Source: Thermoplasmata archaeon
Lineage (GTDB): Archaea; Thermoplasmatota; Thermoplasmata; Lutacidiplasmatales; UBA184
Assembly (NCBI GenBank): GCA_035297105.1
Contig: DATGZO010000006.1
Coordinates: 5,415 to 69,414 of the forward strand
DNA length: 64,000 nt
Direction of reading: 5' to 3'
The position numbers and the translations under genes are program-made. The stretch's first letter is position 1, and every line of letters starts with the position of its first letter. A model generated the notes under the pieces. It was not told the DNA's origin, searched no databases, and was given only the letters and a program-made list of their open reading frames with translations. Shown here one piece after another: positions 18,732 to 27,401 of the stretch.

Positions 18732-18853
18732 GGGAGCGTCCCAAGCGAGTACACGCCTTAATCATAGCTCACGACCGGACCTCCGCCGACGCGCGGAGCT
18801 TATGCGAGACGGTGCATGCCCGGTTCCGCCGGCACCTTGCGGTCGGTGGATGC

Positions 18854-19285
18854 ATGAAATCTCCTCCCCGAGACTTTGGGATCTTGGGCTTCGACCACGT
18901 GGACGTCCGGGTCGCCAACCGGGCCAAGCTTTCCCGGTTCCTGGTGGAGCAGATGGGGATGGACGTGATCGGCGAGGGCGGGGACCACGTCTACCTGCTT
19001 TTCGGCGATCAGGTCTTGGGGCTGCACGACGCCAAGGAAGGAGAGAAACCGACGGGACTCGACCACATCGCGCTGCGCGTCAGCGAGTGGACGGGACTCA
19101 AGAGCCGGGTGGCCCGCGCGCGGGTCGCGATCACCGGGGAGAAGGAGCGGGAGGATTCTCGCTCGCTCTACCTGCGGGGGCCCGACGGGATCCGGATCGA
19201 GCTCGTCTGGCGCCCCGACCCCCATGCCCACTCGTGCCGGCACTCGCCCCCGAAGGCGCCGACTCCCGAAGAGTCCGACGAGTAG
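18854..19285 (+). CDS. VOC-family (glyoxalase/bleomycin-resistance/dioxygenase fold) protein
   Basis: FDHVDVRVANRAKLSRFLVEQMGMDVIGE...GLDHIALRVSEW...IRIELV is typical of the paired beta-alpha-beta-beta-beta VOC modules. Confidence 0.6.
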   Translation: MKSPPRDFGILGFDHVDVRVANRAKLSRFLVEQMGMDVIGEGGDHVYLLFGDQVLGLHDAKEGEKPTGLDHIALRVSEWTGLKSRVARARVAITGEKEREDSRSLYLRGPDGIRIELVWRPDPHAHSCRHSPPKAPTPEESDE

Positions 19286-19297
19286 GGTCCTGGGCCG

Positions 19298-20251
19298 CTA
19301 CTTCCGGGCCCGTGCCATCGGCCGGACCAACGACGGGACCGGCGTGAGCCACTTGGCGTACTTCGGCTCCTCGCCTCCGATCGCCTTCTGGAAGACGGCG
19401 AGGATCTCCCTCGTGACCGGTCCGGGGGCACGCGCGCCGATGGGGAAGTGGCTGACCTCCTTGATCGGAGCGATCTCCGCGTACGTCCCCGTGAAGAACG
19501 CCTCGTCCGCGGTCAGGAGCTCGTTGACCGAGAGGAGCTTCTCGATCACCGGGTAGCCCAAGTCGGTCGCCATCTCGATGACGGATTTCCGCGTGATGCC
19601 GAGCAGGATATCCGACTCGAGGCCGGGCGTGTAGAGCTTTCCGTCGCGAACGAGGAAGATGTTCTCCCCGGAGCCCTCCGCCACGTAGCCGGCGTGGTCC
19701 AGGAGGATCGCCTCCTCATACCCGTCCTGTTGGGCGTCAATGCCGGCGAGGTAGCTCGACAGGTAGTTCCCCGACGCCTTCGCGAAGGAGGGGATCGCGT
19801 CGGAACGCGGCTTGCGGAAGGGCGAGATCTTCGCCCGCACGCCAGCCTCCGAGCCCTCGCCGAGGTACTTCTTGGCCGGGATCGCGGCGACCGCGAGCGA
19901 CACCTTCCCCTTCGAGTTCTTGACGCCGAGCGAGGGCTCGCCGCGATAGACGATCGGACGGATGTAGGAGGGAAGGACCTCATTGGCTGCCTGGGTGTCG
20001 ATGATCGCGCGCTCGATCTCCTCGGCGCTGTAGGGGATCTGCATGTGGTACATCTTCGCCGAGGTGATCAACCGGGCGACGTGGTCCGAGAGCCGGAAGA
20101 TCGCCGGCCCTCGCGTCGTCGGGTACGCCCGGATCCCCTCGAAGACCCCGACCCCGTAGTGGAACGTGTGGTTCAGGACGTGGACATGGGCGTCGGCGAA
20201 GTCCACGAGCCGGCCGTCCATCCAGACCTTGCGTCCCACCGCTGCCATCAT
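19298..20251 (-). CDS. ilvE: branched-chain amino acid aminotransferase
   Basis: MMAAVGRKVWMDGRLVDFADAHVHVLNHTFHYGVGVFEGIRAY...EAFFTGTYAEIAPIKEV. This is PLP fold type IV and matches IlvE throughout. Confidence 0.9.
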   Translation of the reverse strand: MMAAVGRKVWMDGRLVDFADAHVHVLNHTFHYGVGVFEGIRAYPTTRGPAIFRLSDHVARLITSAKMYHMQIPYSAEEIERAIIDTQAANEVLPSYIRPIVYRGEPSLGVKNSKGKVSLAVAAIPAKKYLGEGSEAGVRAKISPFRKPRSDAIPSFAKASGNYLSSYLAGIDAQQDGYEEAILLDHAGYVAEGSGENIFLVRDGKLYTPGLESDILLGITRKSVIEMATDLGYPVIEKLLSVNELLTADEAFFTGTYAEIAPIKEVSHFPIGARAPGPVTREILAVFQKAIGGEEPKYAKWLTPVPSLVRPMARARK

Positions 20252-20413
20252 TTGTTAGGACCCGACCGGGAACTCCGTGAGAACCCAATCGGCACTACAT
20301 TAAATCCTTAGACCTGCGCCGAGAGTGGTTGGGGCCATAGGAATAGCAAAATCCCCGTAGGACCTTCCTCGGCCCGCCTCGCCCGGGGGCCGGGACGGGG
20401 GGAGAGGGCGGCG

Positions 20414-21640
20414 GTGTACAGACCACCATCGGGGCTAAAGCCCGAACGCCATATCCCGCACGTGCGTCGTTCTACCCGGATCAACCTCAGCTCGGACGAA
20501 CTGGCTCGACTCCGAGGCTGGGTCGATGACCCCGCGACCCCGGCCCGGGTCCGCGACCGGTCCCGCATCCTGCTCTGGTCGGCCGCCGGTCATTCCGACG
20601 CGGAAATCTCGACCGGACTCGGCAAGGACGTGGCCACGGTCGCGCTGTGGCGACGACGCTTCCTGCTGCATGGACTCTCGGGAGCGCTCCGCGATGCGCC
20701 CCGCCCCGGTCGGAGGCCCAAGCACCGGGACTCCCTCAACGACCGCATCCTCGACGCCACGTTCAACGAAACGCCCCCTCGCGGAGCGCGCTGGAGCACG
20801 CGCGCGCTCGCCCAACGGTTCGGGGTGAGCCACATGGTCGTCCAACGCCTGTGGCAGTCTCAGGGGGTCGGCGCCAAGACCTCGTACCGGATCCCGGATC
20901 GGTTGGCGGGCGCCCAGCTCCCGTTTGTAGACTTGCTGGGGGTTATACTTCAGCCACCAACGCGGGTCGTGATCATCGGCGTGGAGCTCACCGGGGAGTC
21001 GCGAATCGCCCACGTCGAACCGTTGTTCCAGACCTTGCGGACGGAGCTCTCCGGAGGGCATCTTTTCCACTCAGTCCGAGCCGACCCCGAGGACCTGATC
21101 GCGTTGCTCGACGGGTTCCATGAGATTCCGGCCGGTCCGCCGGGACGGCGTTTGCAGCTCGCCAATCTCCTCATCCTCCTCCGAGAAATTGATGAGCGGA
21201 CGAGCGCCACGACCAGGGTCCATCTGCTGGCCGAAGGTCGGGGCGCGGCGAAGGACCCCCGGCTCGCGGCCTGGATGCGCCTCCATCCGCGCTTTGTCCT
21301 GCACAACCTGCCGGTGGGTTCGGAATGGGAACGCGAGGTCGGCCGCTTCGTCCATCAGTGGCAGTCCGTGACACTTCGCACCGGCAGTTTTCAGGGCGTC
21401 TCCGCATTCACCCGGGCCGCAGCGAGGTTCGCGGCCCGTCCTCCCGTCCACCGCGACGGCATGGCATGGAGCATCGGACCGATGCTCGATCGCGCTACGC
21501 AGCTTCATGCGAGCGGATCGGCTGTCCCGCCCCTGCCCAATTCCACGCGGTCCGTGGACGGCACATCGGCTCAACCACCGCCCACGTCAGAGAATTCACG
21601 ACTTAGTGAGAAATTTTCGTTACGAACCGTGGGTCCTTAA
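20414..21640 (+). CDS. IS630-family transposase-like protein with substituted catalytic triad
   Basis: N-terminal paired HTH typical of IS630/Tc1 (...ISTGLGKDVATVALWRRRF...WSTRALAQRFGVSHMVVQRLWQ...). The DDE_3-like region aligns as VIIGVELTG (for VLSVDEK), HLLAEGRG (for ILDNLSAH) and SEWEREVGRF (for SWLNPVERFF). No terminal inverted repeats or TA duplication were found. Confidence 0.55.
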   Translation: MYRPPSGLKPERHIPHVRRSTRINLSSDELARLRGWVDDPATPARVRDRSRILLWSAAGHSDAEISTGLGKDVATVALWRRRFLLHGLSGALRDAPRPGRRPKHRDSLNDRILDATFNETPPRGARWSTRALAQRFGVSHMVVQRLWQSQGVGAKTSYRIPDRLAGAQLPFVDLLGVILQPPTRVVIIGVELTGESRIAHVEPLFQTLRTELSGGHLFHSVRADPEDLIALLDGFHEIPAGPPGRRLQLANLLILLREIDERTSATTRVHLLAEGRGAAKDPRLAAWMRLHPRFVLHNLPVGSEWEREVGRFVHQWQSVTLRTGSFQGVSAFTRAAARFAARPPVHRDGMAWSIGPMLDRATQLHASGSAVPPLPNSTRSVDGTSAQPPPTSENSRLSEKFSLRTVGP

Positions 21641-21709
21641 TAAGCAGAACCCGTCCCCGCATTGCCCCTAGGGGCAGAACCGGGAATCTAAGGAGTGAAG
21701 GAAGGAAGA

Positions 21710-22237
21710 ATGGTAGCAAGAGCATTGTGGACATCTATTTTGGTGGTCGGGCTGTTGGCCGTGGGCGGAATCGGCTTTGCCGCGTTCACCGCGACGTATC
21801 AGGTGAACGTGCAGGGCACCGCCGGCAACCTCTCGATCGCGATCGCGAATTACAACACTCAAGTGAGCAGCTCGTACGTCGGCTGCGTCGGGAGCATTTC
21901 GGGCACCTACCTGAACATCTCGGCGGGACCGTTCGCGCCAGGCGACTGGTGCCAGGTTTACGGGAACATCACGAACACGGGCAACGTGCCCGCGACCGTC
22001 CTCGCCAACTGGCCGCACAGCGGCATCGACGCGTGCTTCGTTTGGAATGTGACGTACCCGACGCACAACCCCAACGTGCCGCCCTCGGGCCACGGCCTCC
22101 TACCGGGCGCGATGGAAAAGTTCCAGTTCGCACTCGGCTTGAACGCGACGGCCGGCAACTCGTGTGAGAACCACGTGGCGACGGTGACGATGGACTTCAC
22201 CGCGACCTCGATGGCTCCGAGCGCGCCGTTCCCGTAG
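21710..22237 (+). CDS. secreted TasA/camelysin-like (SipW-cognate signal) protein, copy 1
   Basis: N-terminus MVARALWTSILVVGLLAVGGIGFAAFTATYQVNVQGTAGNLSIAI resembles the SipW-cognate/TasA-type signal region (GG.T.AAFTD....N.F.AG.L). It is followed by a small beta-rich domain with N-glyc sequons. An SD-like AAGGAG lies upstream. Confidence 0.5.
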   Translation: MVARALWTSILVVGLLAVGGIGFAAFTATYQVNVQGTAGNLSIAIANYNTQVSSSYVGCVGSISGTYLNISAGPFAPGDWCQVYGNITNTGNVPATVLANWPHSGIDACFVWNVTYPTHNPNVPPSGHGLLPGAMEKFQFALGLNATAGNSCENHVATVTMDFTATSMAPSAPFP

Positions 22238-22273
22238 GAAAGAGGCGGTAGCCGGAATCAAGCGGAGAAGAAA

Positions 22274-22789
22274 GTGGTAGCAAAAGCACTGTGGACTTCG
22301 ATCCTGGTCGTCGGACTCCTGGCCGTGGGTGGACTGGGCTTTGCGGCGTTCACCGCAACGTACCAGGTGAACCTCCAGGGCACGGCGGGCAACCTGAGCG
22401 TCGCCTTCGGGGACTCCAACATGATCACGAGCCAGTCGTACGTCGGCTGCTGGGTCTCTGGTGAGGGCAGCAGCTGGCTCAACGTCAGCGCGGGGCCCTT
22501 CGCCCCGGGCGACTGGTGTGAAGTGTTCGGCAATCTCACGAACACGGGGAACGTCCCCGCGACCGTGACGACGTCCGCGACCCTGACCGATCCGGCGGGT
22601 TGTTTCGAGTGGGCTCTCTTGGCCCCGGAGTCGAGCTCTGTCACGGTGGCCCCGGGCGGCACCGTCGCCTTCCAAGGCGCCCTCGAGCTCAACCCCGCCG
22701 ATGGAAACAGCTGCCAGAACACGGTCGGAACTCTGTCGGTCACCTTCACGGCGACCGCCGGCAACGGCAACGAGAACGGGCCCTTCTGA
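22274..22789 (+). CDS. secreted TasA/camelysin-like protein, copy 2 (paralog of 21710..22237)
   Basis: GTG start. VVAKALWTSILVVGLLAVGGLGFAAFTATYQVNLQGTAGNLSVAF... is ~60 percent identical to copy 1 over the N-terminal half. Confidence 0.5.
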   Translation: MVAKALWTSILVVGLLAVGGLGFAAFTATYQVNLQGTAGNLSVAFGDSNMITSQSYVGCWVSGEGSSWLNVSAGPFAPGDWCEVFGNLTNTGNVPATVTTSATLTDPAGCFEWALLAPESSSVTVAPGGTVAFQGALELNPADGNSCQNTVGTLSVTFTATAGNGNENGPF

Positions 22790-22816
22790 GCGTAGGCTCC
22801 GAGTCTCCAGCACGTC

Positions 22817-22841
22817 CAACCCCTTCCTTCCTTTCTTATCC
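22817..22841 (+). terminator. pyrimidine-rich 3' motif CAACCCCTTCCTTCCTTTCTTATCC (shared with two other secreted-protein genes)
   Basis: Near-identical copies follow the stops of 27402..30815 and 30998..35605. Archaeal terminators are pyrimidine/T-rich tracts. Confidence 0.4.
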
Positions 22842-22929
22842 TACGACGGGTAGCGGGACACCTTGACCGGAGCGGCCGTCTCCTCTCGAAGGCCCCGATC
22901 GGTCCTGGCTCCGGGCTCGGACTAGACCG

Positions 22930-24357
22930 ATGATCGACTCCACCGAGGTCACGATCCTCCTCGGGACGATCGTGTTCCTCGCCCTCGTGCCAGCCGCCTT
23001 CCGACACTCCTGGTGGCCCTGGTCGGCCGCCGCCATCACGGTCTTGCTGGCGATGTTATACGACGCGCTCAGCTCCCTCGCAGTGGGCTCGTGGTTCTAC
23101 CTCGGCTATGCGCTCTTCGCCACCGCACCCCTCCTGGTCTTCTTGGTGTACGTTCGGTTCGCCGAGCGCGCGCGCCCGTTCGCCTTCGGACTCACGCTCC
23201 CCCAGGGGCAGACCCGGCGGATGGTCGCGCTCGCCCTCGTCCTCGCCGGCGTGTACTTCGTGCTCACGCTTGAACCGGGCTTTCTCCAGGGATTCACGGT
23301 CCCGGGCCTTCTCGACCCGGAAACGTTCGCGGTCTTCTTCCTCACGACCCCGCTGATCGCACTGGGGCAGGAGGCGGTCTTCCGCGGGTACTTCCTCACG
23401 AAAGTGGCCGGTCGTCATCCGTTCCGGCACGCCCTGTTCGCTTCCTCGGCCCTCTTCGCCGTGGTCTCGTTGAACCCCTTCCTCTTCGCGGAGTTCTCGT
23501 TCATCAGCCAGGTCCCCACGCTCTTCCTGACGGTCGGTACCGGGTTCGTCCTCGGCATCTTCCTCGGCCTCTTCTTTTACAAGGCCCATTGGAGCCTCCT
23601 CGGCCCCTGGGTCTTCCGTTCGGTGGTACTCGGGATCTCGCTCCTCTTCCCGGTCGCGGTCCGGGGCTTGGGGTGGGAGACCGTCTTCGTGCTCGACCTG
23701 ATCGCGCTCACCGCCGTGATCGTGGTCGTGTTCGTCGGCCTGCGGGAGCCCCGGTTCGAGGCCCGCCACTACCTGGACGAACCGCTCCAGCCACGTCGAA
23801 GGACGCTGCTCGCGCGCGCCCGCGCGCGACGGCGGGCGATCCCTCTGGTCGTCGTGCTCGGGGTTGCGGTACTGCTCGTGGCGTTCGCCGGCCCGATCGG
23901 GTCCGTTACCTCCCGGGCGCCGGTTCGTGTTCTCGCCATCGAGACCGGCAGCATGGCGCCGACATTCGATCGGGGGACGCTCGTTCTCATCGAAACGGTG
24001 GGGGGGCCGTCCGACCTCGAGGTAGGGGACATCGTGGCGTACAACGCGCCGTATCTCTCCCCGAACGGACCCGTGGTCCACCGCATCGTCGCCATCCACT
24101 TGAACGGCTCCCAAGAAGTGTTCACGTTCAAGGGAGACGCCAACCCGAGCCCCGACCCACGCCCGGTCGTGTTCAGTCAAGTGGTGGGAAAGGTTGTGAC
24201 CTACGTACCTTACCTGGGCTACCTGGTGCTGAGCCCGGAGCTCTCCGTGTCGATCCTCTTGATGCTGGTCCTCTTCGGATTCTACCGGGGTTCGCCGGAC
24301 GCGACCCCGGTTCGCCGACGGCGACCCGTGTTCCCACTTCGGAGGGAGCGCGCATGA
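22930..24357 (+). CDS. fusion protein: N-terminal CPBP-family intramembrane protease domain plus C-terminal archaeal/ER-type signal peptidase I (SipW-like)
   Basis: The N-terminal ~250 aa are polytopic with LGQEAVFRGYFL (the EExxxR motif of CAAX/CPBP proteases) and HALFASSALFA. C-terminal part: ...IETGSMAPTFDRGTLVLIE...GDIVAYNAP...VVHRIVAI...FKGDANPSPD...VVGKVVTYVPYLG. This has the S26B catalytic Ser (GSM) and His (HRIV) in the archaeal/SipW arrangement. Confidence 0.65.
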   Translation: MIDSTEVTILLGTIVFLALVPAAFRHSWWPWSAAAITVLLAMLYDALSSLAVGSWFYLGYALFATAPLLVFLVYVRFAERARPFAFGLTLPQGQTRRMVALALVLAGVYFVLTLEPGFLQGFTVPGLLDPETFAVFFLTTPLIALGQEAVFRGYFLTKVAGRHPFRHALFASSALFAVVSLNPFLFAEFSFISQVPTLFLTVGTGFVLGIFLGLFFYKAHWSLLGPWVFRSVVLGISLLFPVAVRGLGWETVFVLDLIALTAVIVVVFVGLREPRFEARHYLDEPLQPRRRTLLARARARRRAIPLVVVLGVAVLLVAFAGPIGSVTSRAPVRVLAIETGSMAPTFDRGTLVLIETVGGPSDLEVGDIVAYNAPYLSPNGPVVHRIVAIHLNGSQEVFTFKGDANPSPDPRPVVFSQVVGKVVTYVPYLGYLVLSPELSVSILLMLVLFGFYRGSPDATPVRRRRPVFPLRRERA

Positions 24358-25397
24358 GGTTCGCGGCCCTGCTTCTGGTCGCCCTTTCCCTCCTGCTCGT
24401 GGTCGCGCTGTACGCCGAGGTGAGCATCGATGCGAGCCCCACTCAGACGACGACGTCGGGCACCCTTCTTTCGTTCTCGACCACCACCAACTTCGATTAC
24501 CGGGCGACGCTTCGCCCCAACACCCTCTTCGGCAATGGAACGCTCGGCCCGGGCGGGGGTGCCCTCTACGAGAGTCTCGTCCTTCGGCTCGACCTGACGT
24601 ACTCGTACTGGCTCAACCTGAGCGCGCCGGCGAACGTGACGTGGGGAGCCGGGTTCTCCGTTACCATCGCGGTGCCGGGCCAGTGGACGTACACCCTCAA
24701 CTACAGCAAGCAGGTTCTCCCTCCCGAGGTCTACACCACCTCCGCCCCGTTCCACGACGACACGGAAGTTGCGTTGCCGCCCTTGCTGAGCCTTCTCTCC
24801 ACGTTCCAGAACGAGACGCGGTCCAACCCCTCGAGCTACGACCTCAACTTCACGGCGTACGAGGTGGCGGCCATTCAGTACGACAACCTCCCCGCTCACT
24901 CGGTGACGTACCCGGTCCTGACCTTCACGCTCGCCTCGGGGGAGCTCGTCCCGGGTCCCTTGTTCGCGAGCTCGAACGGCTCGATCCCGACGACCCTCCC
25001 AGTGACCGACTCTTCCCGCTCCACCAGCCTTGACCTCGCCATAGCGGCCTGCGTGATCCTCGCCGCCGGCGTGGGCATCGCGGCGGCCTTCACGCTACGT
25101 CCCCGGAACAAGAAGGTCGACGTCTCGGCCGAGGTCCGCTCGATGACCGCCGCCTACCAGGACGCCATCGCGACCACGTGGACCGCGCCGCGGAAGGAGA
25201 ACGTCGTAGTCATCCGCGACTGGGAGGACCTGATCCACGTGGCGGACATGTTGGGCAAACCGATCCTCCGGTACGTGCTGCGCAAGTACGACCCGCCCCG
25301 GCACTTCTTCTACGTACTCGACGGACAGGTCCAGTACATCTACCTCGTTCCGCGAGAGGGACGGCGGGCCGAGGAAGAGATCGCGGACCTCCCCTAA
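24354..25397 (+). CDS. bitopic membrane protein: signal peptide, N-glycosylated ectodomain, TM, ~100-aa cytoplasmic domain; translationally coupled to the signal-peptidase fusion gene
   Basis: MRFAALLLVALSLLLVVALYA then many N-x-S/T sites. TM segment LDLAIAACVILAAGVGIAAAFTL. The ATG overlaps the upstream stop (ATGA). Confidence 0.55.
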   Translation: MRFAALLLVALSLLLVVALYAEVSIDASPTQTTTSGTLLSFSTTTNFDYRATLRPNTLFGNGTLGPGGGALYESLVLRLDLTYSYWLNLSAPANVTWGAGFSVTIAVPGQWTYTLNYSKQVLPPEVYTTSAPFHDDTEVALPPLLSLLSTFQNETRSNPSSYDLNFTAYEVAAIQYDNLPAHSVTYPVLTFTLASGELVPGPLFASSNGSIPTTLPVTDSSRSTSLDLAIAACVILAAGVGIAAAFTLRPRNKKVDVSAEVRSMTAAYQDAIATTWTAPRKENVVVIRDWEDLIHVADMLGKPILRYVLRKYDPPRHFFYVLDGQVQYIYLVPREGRRAEEEIADLP

Positions 25398-25503
25398 CGG
25401 AGGAGCATGAAGGCGCCACGTAGAATGAAATGCGCTTGGAAGAAATTTTGAGGGAACCCACTAAAATGGATTTGACTCCGGACTTATGTTCCTGCTCGAC
25501 TAA

Positions 25504-26745
25504 ATGGTTGCCAGGTCAATCGTTACACCCCCTCTACCAGTTTCGCGCCAAACCCTCCGAATCCGCCACACGGTTCTGAGTTCACCGTCGCATCCTTTTG
25601 AATTCTGGGCGTCATCGGGACGCTCACACCGCGACTGGCTGACGATAGTGCTGGCCGTTGGGATTGTCTTGTTTGTGAGTGTGTCAACCGCCGGAAATTG
25701 GGGCCACCAACTCCAACCTAAGAACGTTTGGGCTTCTCAGATGGGTCAAACGAACGCGGCGGTCAGTCCGAGTCTTTGCGGACCCCCGTGTCCGTATAGT
25801 TCGCTTCAACTCGTCTTGCCGCCCGCTCCGGTCACTGGCTATCTTGCGAACATCAAATTCAATGGTACCATCTACACTCAGGACACTATTCTGAACGTGT
25901 TGCCCGGTACCTATCCGGTTTCTTTCGTGAGCCTGTATTCAAGCAATCCTGGAGCTGCCTTCCTTAACTGGACCGTAGTGAGTGGTTCCGTCGGTAGCAC
26001 TACGTCCTCTTCCACCACCTTTACCATCCTTAGCGGCGGGCTTTCCCCGATCCTCACCCTGAACGTGTTTCTCGTGACCTCTGTCTGGGCGGGGTATGCC
26101 GTGGCGGGGCACGCTGGTACAGTAACGCAGGTCGCCGGTTCGTGGGTTCAGCCTACGATGGGATGCAACCTAACCAAGAGCAGCAAGTCGGGGGTCCAGT
26201 TCTCGACATGGGTGGGGTTGGATGGTCTGTGGTCGACGAACCCGTACATTGAACAGATTGGGACGGAAGCGGTGTGTTCTCCGGGCGGTGCAACTTCCTA
26301 TGGGGCCTGGTACGAATTCGGTAATGGAGTTTACCCAGGTTCGGTCGCCATTACAACCATCACGCCCCATCCAGCCGACGTATTCTCGGGAACGGTCGTA
26401 TATAATTCCGCGACCTCCAATTTCACGATGAGCCTAACGGACCTCACCACGCTGGCGAGCTTCTCGATCACCCAGCCCTGGTCCTCCGCTACCGAATCAT
26501 CCGCGGAATGTATTCTCGAGCAAACGCAACCTTACTTGGCGAGTGAGTTCTGGTTCGTGGGCCAAGCCGGTTTCGGAAGTATGCACACCGGGGTCACCAA
26601 CACTTGCGATGCATCTGTCCGCTCCGCTCTTTCTCCATTCAGCTCTTTCAACTACCTTACCGTCGAGTTCTATTCGGGTACGTCGCATCAGCAACTTTAC
26701 CCCACCCAGCTCGTAGGTGGAAGTTTCAATGTCAACCACGGCTGA
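25504..26745 (+). CDS. peptidase family G1 (eqolisin / scytalidoglutamic peptidase-like) acid endopeptidase, membrane-anchored precursor
   Basis: G1 signature blocks: FSTWVGLDG, catalytic Gln in IEQIG, YGAWYEF, and catalytic Glu in SAECILEQ (compare fsaWvGiDG / lvQtG / aWyEw / sAEwIvE). TM anchor DWLTIVLAVGIVLFVSV. The gene and its flanks are lower in G+C than surrounding DNA. Confidence 0.8.
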   Translation: MVARSIVTPPLPVSRQTLRIRHTVLSSPSHPFEFWASSGRSHRDWLTIVLAVGIVLFVSVSTAGNWGHQLQPKNVWASQMGQTNAAVSPSLCGPPCPYSSLQLVLPPAPVTGYLANIKFNGTIYTQDTILNVLPGTYPVSFVSLYSSNPGAAFLNWTVVSGSVGSTTSSSTTFTILSGGLSPILTLNVFLVTSVWAGYAVAGHAGTVTQVAGSWVQPTMGCNLTKSSKSGVQFSTWVGLDGLWSTNPYIEQIGTEAVCSPGGATSYGAWYEFGNGVYPGSVAITTITPHPADVFSGTVVYNSATSNFTMSLTDLTTLASFSITQPWSSATESSAECILEQTQPYLASEFWFVGQAGFGSMHTGVTNTCDASVRSALSPFSSFNYLTVEFYSGTSHQQLYPTQLVGGSFNVNHG

Positions 26746-27365
26746 AGGATTCCTATCGAATACGTGAGTCGGTGGATTTCGAATTCCCACATCGACTGAC
26801 GCGTGCCGAGGCCATACCCCCCACATCTATCGGGCTACCAGCCTTGAGACATCAAGGCACAGCGTGATCCTTACCGCTCGAGAGGCCAACCCGGGATTGT
26901 GCCGCCCCGACCTCGCCCTGATTCCGCGGCGCTCGCGACTGTTGAGAGTGCGGAGGGGAGTGTCCCCTCCGCCCCCTTGTGGAGGGGATCGGTCCCAGGT
27001 TTCGGATCGACGGATTGGAATCGATTGACGCAAAGTAGGCACCTCGTAACTTCGTTGGCCGGCTATCACCCCACTTTGGTGTGGTCTTCTGGCGTGGCGT
27101 TTTGCTTGGGGACGCCGGCCCTCCCCCTCGAAGGAACGGGGAAAGACCTTCACGACTTTCAGGTTCAGGCCCGCGAAAAAGCCCAGACCGCGCCGGTCCG
27201 GCGAGCGATCCAGGCGGCAGGTCGGTTCGACCGGATCTCACCGAAGCGCAGACGATGAGCCCCTGACGCATCCACGTCCACGGAGGCGAGGTGGGAAATC
27301 GGGCGGCTCTAGAAGGTCTTGCGAATTGAGGGAAACTTGTTTGCAGAATTTGTGGTGCGGACGGT

Positions 27366-27378
27366 TGTTAAATAGGGT
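27366..27378 (+). promoter_or_regulatory. TATA-like box (GTTGTTAAATAGG) ~25 nt upstream of the ATG at 27402; implies a leaderless or very short-leader mRNA
   Basis: An AT-rich octamer in otherwise GC-rich DNA at the canonical archaeal -26 spacing relative to the start codon. Confidence 0.4.
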
Positions 27379-27401
27379 GCGAGATTCGCGCGTGCCGGAA
27401 T

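Noticed and set aside
26770-26800. GGATTTCGAATTCC palindrome resembling a tRNA T-arm (GGTTCGAATCC)
   Set aside because: No acceptor stem, D-arm or anticodon arm can be built around it. A scan for T-arm consensus elsewhere found no tRNA candidates in the window.
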